64,000 bases of DNA from Mobula hypostoma (Eukaryota), in contig NC_086125.1 of assembly GCF_963921235.1 (NCBI RefSeq), positions 26,846,001 through 26,910,000 of the forward strand, written 5' to 3'. Below, piece by piece: positions 63,436-64,000 of the stretch. The notes under the pieces are model-generated. The model had not been told where the DNA came from and did no database searches. It worked only from the letters and a program-made list of their open reading frames with translations. The translations under genes were made by a program, and so were the position numbers. Position 1 is the stretch's first letter; every line of letters begins with the position of its first letter.

Positions 63436-64000
63436 GTGAGTTCATTACTGTGCATACGAGGTCTTGATAATTACAAATCATTCACCTCTATTTTAGCAGA
63501 TGAAATTTCAAACACCAATATGTTAATTTTACTAAATCTAGGTATATGTATATATAAAACCATTGGCAGTATGAGTTAGTTTAAAGAAAAATGTAATTTT
63601 TCCCCACTTTTAAGTATACTCCGTTTTCCTTTGTGTGAATGACATTGCCTGTGTGATACAGTGAGCTGCAGGTGAGAGGAAAGCTATTCGCGAGTCCTGA
63701 TGAAGGCTCAGCCCAGAACATCGACTGTTTATTCCCCTCCATAGATACTGCCTGACCCACAGAGTTCCTCCAGTATTTCATGTGCAAGTTTCCAACATCT
63801 GTAGAATCTCTTGTGTTTATTCTTGTTCATTAGCTGTTTTTCTCAATGAGTTTACAACATTAATCTTTCAATCTTGTGTGTGATCCAAAGTGTTGTTTCT
63901 GCTCTATAGTTACATTGCTGAGTATTTTAAATTTGCAATCATCATTTCTCTAGGGAGGACTACATCTTTTGAATTTACACTGTTAACGGGTCTATCGTTG

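Overview
Repeat-rich vertebrate genomic DNA. The repeat repertoire (V-domain tRNA SINEs, CR1-like, Rex/Babar-like and Penelope-like elements) suggests a cartilaginous fish, probably a ray; this is inference. Two spliced housekeeping genes lie on the minus strand. The first is MRI1 (methylthioribose-1-phosphate isomerase), coding exons 1-4 at 6979->1235, with the rest off the left edge. The second is a complete 12-exon AP-1 adaptor mu subunit gene (AP1M2-like, 48596->13970, 1272 nt, 423 aa) whose intron 2 has U12 (minor spliceosome) signals. A possible signal-peptide exon of a third gene lies on + near 63.3 kb. Most short ORFs in the supplied track are retroelement or transposon debris. The main non-obvious signal is catalytic RNA. 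More than 15 copies of a Penelope terminal repeat carry a minimal type-I hammerhead ribozyme motif (CAGTC-CTGAYGA-stem II-GAAAC-GTH-GACTG), often as small fold-back elements with target-site duplications. There is also a divergent hammerhead downstream of AP1M and an HDV/CPEB3-like ribozyme candidate at the 5' end of an RTE-like non-autonomous element. Other features are a tRNA-Gln pseudogene abutting a SINE, an intact-ended hAT element, a Tc1-like element and two minisatellites. All calls were made by eye; no searches were run.
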